Below are positions 1 through 9,056 of a DNA stretch of 64,000 nucleotides, one piece after another. The DNA lies in contig JAKFCY010000002.1 in the NCBI GenBank assembly GCA_036676395.1, forward strand, positions 352,001 through 416,000. Reading direction: 5' to 3'. Below the pieces are notes generated by a model that saw nothing but the letters and a program-made list of their open reading frames with translations, was not told the DNA's origin and did not search any database. This DNA is from Bdellovibrio sp. Its GTDB lineage: Bacteria; Bdellovibrionota; Bdellovibrionia; Bdellovibrionales; Bdellovibrionaceae. Each line of letters begins with the position of its first letter. The stretch's first letter is position 1. Made by a program: the position numbers and the translations under genes.

Positions 1-1
1 G

Positions 2-1033
2 GGTAAGTTTTCTAAAACTCAAATAGCGCTTCCGATGGCAACGATGAATTTAGATTCACCGGAAGAAACGGTGACTTTTGAAATCGTCGATAAGTCTTTA
101 GTTAAAAGACCCTCAGGTTTTAAAATTTTTTTAAGCCTGATTAAATTTCAAAATTTATTTTTAATTTTATTACCCCTTTTTTACGTTTTGGTTAAAAACT
201 ATGTTGATAATCGTTTTCGTGACCCGCAAACATGTTTAATTGCCACCTTTGCGATGTTATTTATTTTTGCAGCGTTAAATATTCGTAACGATGTGAATGA
301 TCATGTTTCGGGTTATGACCGCGTGAATATCTCACCTTCGGAAAAGCCAATTAATAAAGGCTGGATTACAGCGGCGCAGGCCTCGGCTATGAGTTGGCTG
401 CTCACGCTCATCGCCATGATTATTTCGCTTCCGGTGATGTTGCGTCAGCCTGAAGAAGCCCGCGTGATTGCCGTTGTGATAGTATTAATTTTTGCTGGCA
501 GATTGCTTTCAAAAAATTCTTATAAAAACCAACGCTGGGGAGAAGTGATATTTTTTATCCTTGCGGGGCCAGGAGTGGTTTCAGGATACCAAGTGGCTTT
601 AGGAGCAGGAGTTGATACTGAAGTTTTAGCTTTTGGTATCTTATGGGCTTGGGGCATTCAATTTCTAGTTCATTTAAATAATTTCAATCACATTCTAACC
701 AGTTCACAAGCTGGTATTAAAAACACCATGACCAATGCGGGTTTTGATAAAGCCAAAAAGATTTTAATCGGCTGGTGGTGTGCATTTATCGTTTTATGGG
801 TGTTGTACCACTATTTTTACGCTAGCACTTTTTGGTCTTATTTAACGACTGTAGTTTTGATTTTCTGGTCGATTCCTACGTTTATTAAAGTTTCTGAAAT
901 TCAATCACCTTTAGGTTCAGATTTGACCGATGCAAAACGCGTGGGTTATCGCAATTTTTTATTAATGTGTGTATTGATTGTCATCGAATTCTATTGGTAC
1001 CTGGGAAATAAAAACGACTGGTTTGTTGTTTAA
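2..1033 (+). CDS. menA: UbiA-family prenyltransferase, MenA-like (5' end lies outside the window)
   Basis: Multiple TM helices; NxxNDxxD motif (NIRNDVNDH..G.D); second NN motif. Frame is open from base 2, so the ATG at 35 is probably not the true start. Confidence 0.7.
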   Translation, partial: GKFSKTQIALPMATMNLDSPEETVTFEIVDKSLVKRPSGFKIFLSLIKFQNLFLILLPLFYVLVKNYVDNRFRDPQTCLIATFAMLFIFAALNIRNDVNDHVSGYDRVNISPSEKPINKGWITAAQASAMSWLLTLIAMIISLPVMLRQPEEARVIAVVIVLIFAGRLLSKNSYKNQRWGEVIFFILAGPGVVSGYQVALGAGVDTEVLAFGILWAWGIQFLVHLNNFNHILTSSQAGIKNTMTNAGFDKAKKILIGWWCAFIVLWVLYHYFYASTFWSYLTTVVLIFWSIPTFIKVSEIQSPLGSDLTDAKRVGYRNFLLMCVLIVIEFYWYLGNKNDWFVV

Positions 1034-1729
1034 ATGGTGCAATTTGTTTTTGCCAATCAGGATTTAGAAACTAAGTTTGGTCATTGGCAGTCATTTATTG
1101 ATGAAAATTTTAAATCTGCTGAAACCTATAAAGTCCAATTCGATGGCGAAATTCCGACGATTTACGATAATGACGGCCGAAAATTCAAAATTGATTTTTT
1201 AGGTGATAATCTAAATTACAATAAAGTTAAAAGCTCGATCAATAAAGAGCCACTAGCGAAAGCGCTTGGCAGTGGTAATAAAGGTTATAGATTATTAGAT
1301 TTATCAGCAGGTCTTGGTGTGGACTCGGTATTTTTACTGCAGCTTGGTTTTAAGGTAACGGCCATTGAAAGAAACCCTTTGGTGTATATGGCTTTAAAAA
1401 TTGCCTCTGAGCATTTGCCTGAAATTGACTTTATTTATTCTGACTCACTAAAATACTTAGATATAGTGGTGCCTGATCAATTTGATGTGGCTTATTTTGA
1501 TCCGATGTTTCCAGAAAAGAAAAAATCAGCACTGCCTAAGCAAGAGATGGTGTTTTTTAAAAACCTGGTCGGGCATGATGAAGATGCTGGTCGCATTGTT
1601 AATTTAGCTGTTGAAAAAAAGTTATTTAAACGTTTTGTCGTTAAACGGCCACTTTCTGCTGAATCATTTAAAAAGCCAGCAGGCAGTATTGAAGGAAAGA
1701 TTATTCGCTATGATATCTATGGTCTTTGA
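1034..1729 (+). CDS. rsmJ: 16S rRNA m2G1516 methyltransferase RsmJ (YhiQ)-like
   Basis: LDLSAGLGVD SAM motif, ERNP, DPMFP..KKSALP, VVKRP, RYDIY. Confidence 0.85.
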   Translation: MVQFVFANQDLETKFGHWQSFIDENFKSAETYKVQFDGEIPTIYDNDGRKFKIDFLGDNLNYNKVKSSINKEPLAKALGSGNKGYRLLDLSAGLGVDSVFLLQLGFKVTAIERNPLVYMALKIASEHLPEIDFIYSDSLKYLDIVVPDQFDVAYFDPMFPEKKKSALPKQEMVFFKNLVGHDEDAGRIVNLAVEKKLFKRFVVKRPLSAESFKKPAGSIEGKIIRYDIYGL

Positions 1730-2624
1730 ACAATTAAAATTAACTCTAAAAAGTTTTTCGATTTTAAAAAACCAACATCAGGCTTTAGTGACCATGGATT
1801 TTGATAAAAGCCAGCGTTGTGAAGCTTTAATGCGTTTATGTTTTTCACCACTGGCCGCGTGGCCACTGTTATTAGTGCTTTTATTTTTTATCATTAATCC
1901 CCTTCGTTATCATTTTTCTTTAAGCCAAACCCTGGGGATGGATAATATTTTCGTGCAAACCCTGTTTGGTATGGATTGGCTTTACGCGGCTATTTTGGCC
2001 ATCGTTGTTTTTGCGGTTAGCTATGTAAGCCGTAAAGAATTTATCGTTATCGCCATAGTGGGTTTTTTAATATCACAAGGGGATATGCATTTATTATTAG
2101 GCATTATTTTATTAGCCTGTATTGTTCTTGCGCGTATTTTTTTAAATTTACGCTGGGTGCGCTCATTAGAAAGTTATTCGAAAGGCACTTGGTTAGTTAC
2201 GGGTTTATTAAGTTTTGTGTCGTGGGCCTTGGCCGTGCATTTATCATTTGAGTTTTATAATTACTTATTACAAGCGGGGTATTTTACGCAGTCGATGTAT
2301 GCTAACCGCTTAGAAGTCTTTATTTTGACGGTGTGTATGTATTATGGCTTAGAGCTTGTGGTTCTGTCGGTGTGGGGGCATTTCTACACGAAAAAAAATC
2401 CCGAGCCATCAGATTTTGCAATTAAGTACTCAAGCAGCGTTCTTTTGAAAAAGCTGACACTAGGTAAAGCGTTTAAAGAGGACTTACGTGACCAAGTCAT
2501 CGTGATTAAGAATAATCAACGCGTGTATGCAAATGCCGATCTAGACCTTTTGCCTAAACGTTTAGTCGATCTGCATCGAAAAGAAGAATCTTTTTTGACT
2601 ACAGCATTATCCTCTCTAACATAG
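1710..2624 (+). CDS. Hypothetical integral membrane protein
   Basis: About 6 hydrophobic segments; ATG at 1710 or 1719 overlaps the rsmJ end. Confidence 0.7.
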   Translation: MISMVFEQLKLTLKSFSILKNQHQALVTMDFDKSQRCEALMRLCFSPLAAWPLLLVLLFFIINPLRYHFSLSQTLGMDNIFVQTLFGMDWLYAAILAIVVFAVSYVSRKEFIVIAIVGFLISQGDMHLLLGIILLACIVLARIFLNLRWVRSLESYSKGTWLVTGLLSFVSWALAVHLSFEFYNYLLQAGYFTQSMYANRLEVFILTVCMYYGLELVVLSVWGHFYTKKNPEPSDFAIKYSSSVLLKKLTLGKAFKEDLRDQVIVIKNNQRVYANADLDLLPKRLVDLHRKEESFLTTALSSLT

Positions 2625-2628
2625 AGGA

Positions 2629-3477
2629 ATGTCTGACGAAATTGCCCGTTTAAAGGGTATCATTCACATGAAGGATCAAGAGCTTTTGTTGTATAAACAA
2701 GAGTTGTTGAAATTTTCGCATCAGTTAGACAATGTCATGATCCAGATTTCGGGTGATGTCGATTTATTAAAAAAAATCCAAAAAGTTTTAACTCCTACTG
2801 AAATTCCTAATATTCCGGGTTTTGAATTTAGTCGTAAGTTCGTCTATGGGTCACGCTACGGTGGTGATTACTTCGACATTTTTGAACATGAAGACAAATT
2901 GAAGTTCGGTATTTTATTATCGTCATCATCAGGGTATGCGATGTCGGCTTTGTTTTTATCTTTGATTCTAAAAGTAACCCATTTGATGGAAGCTAAAAAA
3001 GGTTTGGCGCCAGAGAAGGTTTTGGAACAGATTGGTGCAGAGCTTAAATCGACAGCAAAAACGACTGATGAAACTCAGGCCTTTTACGGGGTGATTGATC
3101 GTCGTGATTTAACTTTAAATTTTTGTGCAGTTGGCCGAATCAAAGGCTTTTTGCAGTCACCGGGTAAACCGTTGCAAATGATCTCGTCGGATTCGGCAGC
3201 ATTGGGTTCAATGACTTCGCCTGTTTTTAAATCAGCGAGTGTTGAATTAGAACCAAAGTCTAGAGTGGTGCTACTGAGTGATGGTATTTTAGAGGTTTTG
3301 TCGACGGATCAAATTAGTCAATGTTTGCAAGCTCTGGGTAATTCGTCACAGGTTCATGATGTGCGTAATGAAATCTTATTGAAATGCCAGCTGGTGTCTG
3401 GTCTTGATACTCCGCTACGAGATCAGACTGTCGTCGTGATCGAAGTTAAAGACAGAGTGATAAAACTAGCCAAGTAA
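2629..3477 (+). CDS. PP2C/SpoIIE (RsbU-like) phosphatase-family protein with N-terminal coiled coil
   Basis: IQKVLTP, GGDYFD, LSDG and DQT motifs; the DxSGHG motif is degenerate. Confidence 0.8.
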   Translation: MSDEIARLKGIIHMKDQELLLYKQELLKFSHQLDNVMIQISGDVDLLKKIQKVLTPTEIPNIPGFEFSRKFVYGSRYGGDYFDIFEHEDKLKFGILLSSSSGYAMSALFLSLILKVTHLMEAKKGLAPEKVLEQIGAELKSTAKTTDETQAFYGVIDRRDLTLNFCAVGRIKGFLQSPGKPLQMISSDSAALGSMTSPVFKSASVELEPKSRVVLLSDGILEVLSTDQISQCLQALGNSSQVHDVRNEILLKCQLVSGLDTPLRDQTVVVIEVKDRVIKLAK

Positions 3478-3532
3478 TTCGATATTTGGTAATTCTAATA
3501 CGTTACATTCAATCAATGAAGAAGAGGGCATT

Positions 3533-4669
3533 ATGGCTGATATTACTATTTACGAAGGCGCTTTAGATAAAGGTTTAGAAGGCGTTGTTGCTTGTACAAC
3601 AGCGGTTTCATTTATCGTTGGAAATACTTTAAACTATCGTGGTTACACGATTGAAGATTTATCGGCTCATTCAACTTTTGAAGAAGTGATCTATTTACTT
3701 TGGAATAATAAATTACCAAATAAATCTGAACTTGCAGCTATCTCTGAAGACTTAAATAAAAATATGACTTTAGATCCTGCCTACATTGCAGTTCTAAAAA
3801 CATTACCAACTAACGTTCACCCAATGGCGTGGTTACGTACTGCAGTTTCTTTGATGTCTCACTGGGACACTGATGCAAACGATAACTCTGTTGATGCAAA
3901 TGCGCGTAAAGCGGTTCGTTTGACAGCTAAAATGGGTTCAATCGTTGCAGCATTCGAAGCGATTCGTAACAAACGTGAAATCGTTCAGCCTAAATCAGGC
4001 AAGTCTATCGCATGGAATTTCATGTACATGTTAAAAGGTTCTGAGCCAGATGCAGAATTAGTAAAAGTAATGGATACAGCGTTGATCTTACACGCGGATC
4101 ACGAATTAAACTGTTCAGCTTTCGCCACTCGCGTAACAGCTTCTTCATTATCTGACATGCACTCAGCCATCGTTTCTGCTATTGGTGCTTTAAAAGGGCC
4201 TTTACATGGCGGCGCGAACGAACAAGTTATGGTGATGTTAGCTAAAATCGGCACCATGGAAAAAGCACAACAATTCGTGAAAGATGCGTTAGCTGCTAAA
4301 GAAAAAGTAATGGGCATCGGTCACCGTGTTTACAAAGACGGCGATCCTCGTGCCGCTATTTTGAGAAAGATCTCTCAACAGTTAACTAAAAAAATCGGCA
4401 AACCTGAATTGTACGAAATGTCGACTTTGATCGACGATACAATGAATAAAGAAAAAGGTTTAATGCCAAACGTAGATTTCTACTCGGCAACTGTTTACCA
4501 CTCAATGGGAATTCCGACAGATATCTTCACACCTATCTTCGCAGTTTCTCGCGTAGCTGGTTGGATTGCACATGCTAACGAGCAGTACGAAAAAAATCGT
4601 ATTTACCGTCCGCGTGGTAAATGGCAAGGAAAAGAAGGCTTAAGCTGGAAGCCAGTAGACGCTCGCTAA
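3533..4669 (+). CDS. gltA: Citrate synthase / 2-methylcitrate synthase
   Basis: GLEGV, HADHELN, GPLHGGANE, GIGHRVY, PNVDFYS, RVAGW; short 378-aa dimeric type, so PrpC activity is possible. Confidence 0.9.
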   Translation: MADITIYEGALDKGLEGVVACTTAVSFIVGNTLNYRGYTIEDLSAHSTFEEVIYLLWNNKLPNKSELAAISEDLNKNMTLDPAYIAVLKTLPTNVHPMAWLRTAVSLMSHWDTDANDNSVDANARKAVRLTAKMGSIVAAFEAIRNKREIVQPKSGKSIAWNFMYMLKGSEPDAELVKVMDTALILHADHELNCSAFATRVTASSLSDMHSAIVSAIGALKGPLHGGANEQVMVMLAKIGTMEKAQQFVKDALAAKEKVMGIGHRVYKDGDPRAAILRKISQQLTKKIGKPELYEMSTLIDDTMNKEKGLMPNVDFYSATVYHSMGIPTDIFTPIFAVSRVAGWIAHANEQYEKNRIYRPRGKWQGKEGLSWKPVDAR

Positions 4670-4672
4670 ATC

Positions 4673-5296
4673 ATGAACGTCTTAGCTGTCAACGTAGGTA
4701 AACCGCAAAAGTATACCTTAGATGATGTGAGCATTGTAACTTCAATGATCCGTCATCCGGTGGCGGAGATTCAAATCAACAAATTACGCGTTGAAGGGGA
4801 TGAGTTCGCAAATCCTGAACTTCACGGAACCTTCGACGCTGTTGTTTACGCCTTGTCTGCAGATCGCTACCCTGAATGGGAAAAGTTTTTAAAAAAACCA
4901 TTTTCTCTTGGTAACTTAGGCGAAAATTTATCAATCGACATTTTACGTGAAGAAGACTTTTACTTAGGTGATGAGTACCAAGTTGGTACAGCCTTACTTC
5001 GTGCCACAGGCCCTCGTTACCCCTGCAATAAATTAAACTACTCATCAGGCGATAAACGTCTACAGCGCGAGTTTGAAGCGCGTGACTGGTGTGGTATTTA
5101 TTTTGAAGTTATCACAGAGGGTAAAGTGAAAGCGGGCGATAAGCTGAAGCTTGTTAAACGTGTACAAGATAAAATAACCGTTCTAGATTTGTATCAAGCT
5201 ATGCGTGCTAAGAAAAAAGGCCAAAGAGACGATGCCAAATCAGAGCTTATCTTGGCTTGCACAGAGCTTGATGAAAAATATAGAAAAAGAATTTAG
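4673..5296 (+). CDS. MOSC-domain protein (YiiM-like)
   Basis: GD....HG..., GENL, PRYPCNKL, G.Y..VI.EG.V. Confidence 0.85.
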   Translation: MNVLAVNVGKPQKYTLDDVSIVTSMIRHPVAEIQINKLRVEGDEFANPELHGTFDAVVYALSADRYPEWEKFLKKPFSLGNLGENLSIDILREEDFYLGDEYQVGTALLRATGPRYPCNKLNYSSGDKRLQREFEARDWCGIYFEVITEGKVKAGDKLKLVKRVQDKITVLDLYQAMRAKKKGQRDDAKSELILACTELDEKYRKRI

Positions 5297-5305
5297 GGAG
5301 CAACT

Positions 5306-5704
5306 ATGGCTACAGTATTCACAAAAATTATTAACGGCGAATTACCTTCATATAAAATTCATGAAGATGAATTAACGTTGTCATTTTTAGCTTTAGACCA
5401 AGTTAACCCAGGCCATGTGTTAGTGATCCCGAAACAAGAAGTAAATCACTGGTTTGATGTACCTCCTGAAATCTATAATCGTGTTGGCCACAATGCCCAG
5501 ATGATTGCAAAAGCCATTAAAGTAGCTACCGGTTGTCCGCGTGTTGGTGTGATGGTGGCGGGGTTTGAAGTGCCGCACTATCATATGCATTTGATTCCAG
5601 CGAACAGCATTCCTGAATTAGATTTTAAACGCGCCCAAAAACTGCCGCCTGAACAAATGCAGGCGATTCAAAAAAAGATCATTGAAGCTTTAAATTATAA
5701 ATAA
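5306..5704 (+). CDS. HIT-family nucleotide hydrolase
   Basis: VFTKII.GE.P, GH.LVIPK, HYHMH histidine triad. Confidence 0.92.
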   Translation: MATVFTKIINGELPSYKIHEDELTLSFLALDQVNPGHVLVIPKQEVNHWFDVPPEIYNRVGHNAQMIAKAIKVATGCPRVGVMVAGFEVPHYHMHLIPANSIPELDFKRAQKLPPEQMQAIQKKIIEALNYK

Positions 5705-5852
5705 ATTGGCAAACTACGCACCTTCGTCGGGCAAATAAATAAACAGTGAAATATTTTTCGGTTTAATTCGAGAAATTAGGTCAATAATTCTAAACTTTTT
5801 TGTCTCAGAAAGCGCATAAGTTCTTGTTATGGAACACCTAAATTTTTTGATT

Positions 5853-5881
5853 TTGTGAAATCGTTACACCTTTAGTATTCT
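5853..5881 (+). promoter_or_regulatory. Putative sigma70 promoter of the 5888-6119 transcript
   Basis: TTGTGA-N17-TATTCT; predicted +1 near 5888 coincides with the start of a 5' hairpin. Confidence 0.55.
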
Positions 5882-5920
5882 TTACTTAACCGTTCTAACG
5901 GTTCGAAGGGAGGTGGTCTT

Positions 5921-5968
5921 ATGGTTAAACAACAAGACATAACTAAGGCGGAGGTGTCGGCACCTTAG
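5921..5968 (+). CDS. 15-aa small ORF MVKQQDITKAEVSAP
   Basis: ATG 7 nt after GGAGG within a very strong SD; TAG stop lies inside stem P2. Confidence 0.5.
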   Translation: MVKQQDITKAEVSAP

Positions 5969-6078
5969 AGAAATCTAAAGTATCGAAACTTAGTGACCTA
6001 TGGTCGCTGAGGCCTAGCGTAAGCTAAACCTCCGCCGTAGAAATTGTCATTCGAATCTTAAACAAAATTTATGATTCA

Positions 6079-6119
6079 AACGGCTGGTAAGAATAAGATC
6101 TACCAGCCGTTCCTTTTTT
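6079..6119 (+). terminator. Intrinsic terminator
   Basis: AACGGCTGGTA / TACCAGCCGTT stem followed by CC and T6. Confidence 0.8.
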
Positions 6120-6136
6120 GGGGTATCACATTAGCC

Positions 6137-7522
6137 ATGGATATTCTGAACTTTATCGATGGCGACTTCGCCAAACCTGTACAGCCCGCAACGTTCACGC
6201 AAGAGCGTCCATTTAACGATAAAACTATCTTAGTCGCCAATAGTTCAGCTCTCGATTTGGTAAAAGCCATCCAAGGCTCGCACACCGCATTTAATACCTG
6301 GAAAGAATCGACGATTGAAGACCGCGTTGTCTTAGTCGATAAAATCTTACACTACCTTCAAGACCATAAAAATCAATTTGCAGAACAGGAAGCCTGGAAT
6401 CAGGGTTTAAACTTAGCGTTTTCATTATCGGTAAATATTGATGTGGCCATAGCTAAGCTAAAAAACTTAAAAATCGAATTACACAAGGGTATTCCCGAAG
6501 GCTACGGCGTATTACCTGTGGGCGTGGTCGGCGTAGTTTTATCATGGAACTTATCAACAAGACTATTTGTTGAAAAAGTGCTTCCTGCGATTTTAGCCGG
6601 AAACTCTGTGATTGTTAAAATTTCAAGTTATTCACCAGTCACAGCCAAACTTTGGGGAGAGTTATTTCAATCAGTTGGAATGACTGCAGGTCTGGTTCAG
6701 ATGCTGCATAGCCAAGATGCTGGGTTTAAAAAATTATTCATCACGCATCCAGGAATTAAAGCCTTGTTAGTCACTGGCACTTTAGAAAATACCAGCGAAA
6801 TCATAAAAACTGTAGCGCAAATGACGACACAACAGTTTAAGAAAATTCAAATTCACTCGGGATCTAAAAATACTGCAGCAGCACTAAATGAACCTGTTGA
6901 GAAAGAAATGAATGAAATTTTAAATTCTTTTCTTTTTGGCCAAGGACAACTGGCGTGGAATTCATCAAGATTATTTATTTTAGAAAAACACGAACAGCAG
7001 TGGACTGAATTTGTAGCTCATAAGCTACATGATTTAAAGCCGAGCACTGATATTCATGATTGGTCACCGTGGACACCGCTCATGAAAATGAAATCGGTGG
7101 ATCAGTTCGCTTCGTTAGTTCAACAAGCTAAGACAGATCAGGCAAAAATTATATCGGCAGATGGGGCATTGCCCTCAAATAAATATGTAAAACCATTTTT
7201 TACTAAAGACATGTCGAACTGTTCGGTGCTGCAACAAGATCAGGTATTGGGGCCAGCATTTATTTTATCAACGGTGAAATACGCCTTCGATATTCCGAAA
7301 TATAGTAATGTTTCTTATTATGGGCATTCTGCCACAGTGTGGACAGAGGCCGGCAAAAACCAAAAGACCATCCAGCAATTGGATGTTGGTCTAGTTAGTC
7401 TTAATCGCTGGAGTATTTATCAAGATTCAGCCATTGAAGGTGTCAAACAATCATCGTTTGGAAATATGAATAGCCAGATATTTGGCGACTTTTATTGTAA
7501 CGTCAAAAAGCTGACGACTTAA
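6137..7522 (+). CDS. Aldehyde dehydrogenase-fold protein, catalytic residues apparently lost
   Basis: NFIDG, PVGVVGVVLSWN, AGNSVIVK and GP motifs present. Start moved to ATG 6137 because 6071-6136 contains the terminator. Confidence 0.8.
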   Translation: MDILNFIDGDFAKPVQPATFTQERPFNDKTILVANSSALDLVKAIQGSHTAFNTWKESTIEDRVVLVDKILHYLQDHKNQFAEQEAWNQGLNLAFSLSVNIDVAIAKLKNLKIELHKGIPEGYGVLPVGVVGVVLSWNLSTRLFVEKVLPAILAGNSVIVKISSYSPVTAKLWGELFQSVGMTAGLVQMLHSQDAGFKKLFITHPGIKALLVTGTLENTSEIIKTVAQMTTQQFKKIQIHSGSKNTAAALNEPVEKEMNEILNSFLFGQGQLAWNSSRLFILEKHEQQWTEFVAHKLHDLKPSTDIHDWSPWTPLMKMKSVDQFASLVQQAKTDQAKIISADGALPSNKYVKPFFTKDMSNCSVLQQDQVLGPAFILSTVKYAFDIPKYSNVSYYGHSATVWTEAGKNQKTIQQLDVGLVSLNRWSIYQDSAIEGVKQSSFGNMNSQIFGDFYCNVKKLTT

Positions 7523-7535
7523 GTCGGGCGTATGG

Positions 7536-7772
7536 CTATTGAATCGTATGACTTTTTGAGCGCATGCGGATATTGCATTGCGGGCAGAAGGCTTCTTCTT
7601 TAATTTCGCCATTAGCTTCAGTGGTTGTTACTTTAAGTTCTAATGATGTCGCGCACAACACACAGTTGCATTGAAGGGCGATAAACGCTTTTTGAAACGT
7701 GTTTTCAGTTTTCTCGTAACGGGGAAGATCAGATAATTTTAAATGGCTGTTGGCCGTATCTTGAGATCTCAT
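7536..7772 (-). CDS. Small zinc-ribbon-like hypothetical protein
   Basis: CNCVLC...CPQC; GGAGGAG SD upstream. Confidence 0.7.
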   Translation of the reverse strand: MRSQDTANSHLKLSDLPRYEKTENTFQKAFIALQCNCVLCATSLELKVTTTEANGEIKEEAFCPQCNIRMRSKSHTIQ

Positions 7773-7953
7773 ATTGCTCCTCCTGAGCTAAATTCTTTAA
7801 CGTCTTTCGAGAGCCAATTCACATCCTATGAAATGACTGTCTTGTGTAAATACAATCTCACTGCAAAAACCGTTCACAGACCAACGTCAAGTCTATGAGA
7901 GTGAGATACTTATTCTTCGCTTTTTAATACGACAGAATAAATTACAATTTCGG

Positions 7954-9036
7954 TTACGATCTAAAGTCCAAATTTAAACTGTTTTCAAAATCATTTTTAT
8001 CAAACGCTAACTGAATTAATTTTGTAATCAAATCGCTGTAACCCACGCCTTTGGCTTCCCACATCATTGGGTACATCGAAATTTTAGTAAAACCCGGCAG
8101 CGTGTTAATTTCATTAACCGTTAACGAGCCATCTTTTTTCATAAAGAAATCAACGCGAGTTAATCCATCGCAGTATAAAGCTTGATATGTTTTAACAGCT
8201 AAACTTCTGATCTGTTCAGTTTGTTCAGCTGTAACTTTAGCCGGAATGATAATTTCTGCCCCATTAGGATCAAGGTATTTTGCCTCATAAGAATAAAATT
8301 CGTGTTTAACTACTAATTCACCGGGCATAGCGGCTTCTGGTTTTTGATTTAAACCCATCACTGAACATTCAACTTCTCGGCCGTCGATAAATTCTTCAGC
8401 TAATACTTTATGATCGTATTTAAAAGAATCTTTTAATTTAGCAGCAAACTCATCTTTAGATTTAATCTTATGCACGCCCACTGAAGAGCCCGCATTTGCA
8501 GGTTTAATAAAAAATGGAAGGCCCAAGTTTTTGACCAAACCGTCAAAATCCGGAGTTTCATAACTTTTTAAAACCGCATATTTAGAATTCGGAATTCCTG
8601 CAGCCGTCATGATGATTTTCATCACTTCTTTATCCATCGCAATAGCTGAAGACATCACGCCACAGCCTACAAACGGAAGGCCTAAGATTTTAAGATGTCC
8701 TTGCATAGTGCCGTCTTCGCCGTTGGTTCCATGAATGATCGCAAAAGCGCAATCTAATTCTTGGCGTTGTTGGTTTTGCAAATTAAGAGCAAAAACTTTT
8801 GATTGCGCACGAATTAAAGTGATCGTTTGTTCTTGCGCCATTTTGTTATCGTTGATGGCTTCTAAGGTTTCAAAATCTTTTTCATTGATTGCATACCAAG
8901 TTCCTTGCTTAGAAACGCCGATAAGCACCGGAGAAAACTTTGTTTTATCCATAGCTTTAAAAATATTACGAGCAGAGTTAATTGAAACTTCGTGTTCAGA
9001 AGAATGGCCACCAAAAATAACTGCAATTTTTTTCAT
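7954..9036 (-). CDS. ddl: D-alanine--D-alanine ligase
   Basis: GGHSSEHEVS, HGTNGEDG, KPANAGSSVG, YEAKY, EINTLPG, SMYP. Confidence 0.95.
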   Translation of the reverse strand: MKKIAVIFGGHSSEHEVSINSARNIFKAMDKTKFSPVLIGVSKQGTWYAINEKDFETLEAINDNKMAQEQTITLIRAQSKVFALNLQNQQRQELDCAFAIIHGTNGEDGTMQGHLKILGLPFVGCGVMSSAIAMDKEVMKIIMTAAGIPNSKYAVLKSYETPDFDGLVKNLGLPFFIKPANAGSSVGVHKIKSKDEFAAKLKDSFKYDHKVLAEEFIDGREVECSVMGLNQKPEAAMPGELVVKHEFYSYEAKYLDPNGAEIIIPAKVTAEQTEQIRSLAVKTYQALYCDGLTRVDFFMKKDGSLTVNEINTLPGFTKISMYPMMWEAKGVGYSDLITKLIQLAFDKNDFENSLNLDFRS

Positions 9037-9056
9037 ACACAGATAGCTTATGTTAG

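Larger units (their letters stand above)
5888..6119 (+). ncRNA. Putative structured small RNA or sORF-bearing RNA of unknown class
   Basis: 5' hairpin AACCGTT-ct-AACGGTT; extended SD GAAGGGAGGTGGTCT; four-way junction (P1 5947-5955/6028-6036, P2 5957-5986 with GAAA loop, P3 5989-6011, P4 6015-6026 with GTAA loop); intrinsic terminator. Confidence 0.65.

Noticed and set aside
5705..5740. GGCAAA motifs suggestive of a c-di-GMP-I riboswitch
   Set aside because: No GAAA-capped stem followed by GACGCAAAG and no second stem at the right spacing
5943..6040. Cloverleaf-like fold read as a tRNA
   Set aside because: No T-loop GTTCRA, no D-loop GG, no 7-nt anticodon loop or CCA end; stem lengths do not fit
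6071..6136. N-terminal extension of the ALDH-like ORF in the ORF track
   Set aside because: Spans the terminator hairpin; ALDH similarity starts at MDILNFIDG. Similar over-extensions were trimmed for ORFs at 1611, 11701, 17336, 25380, 46621, 50066, 56431 and 57398.
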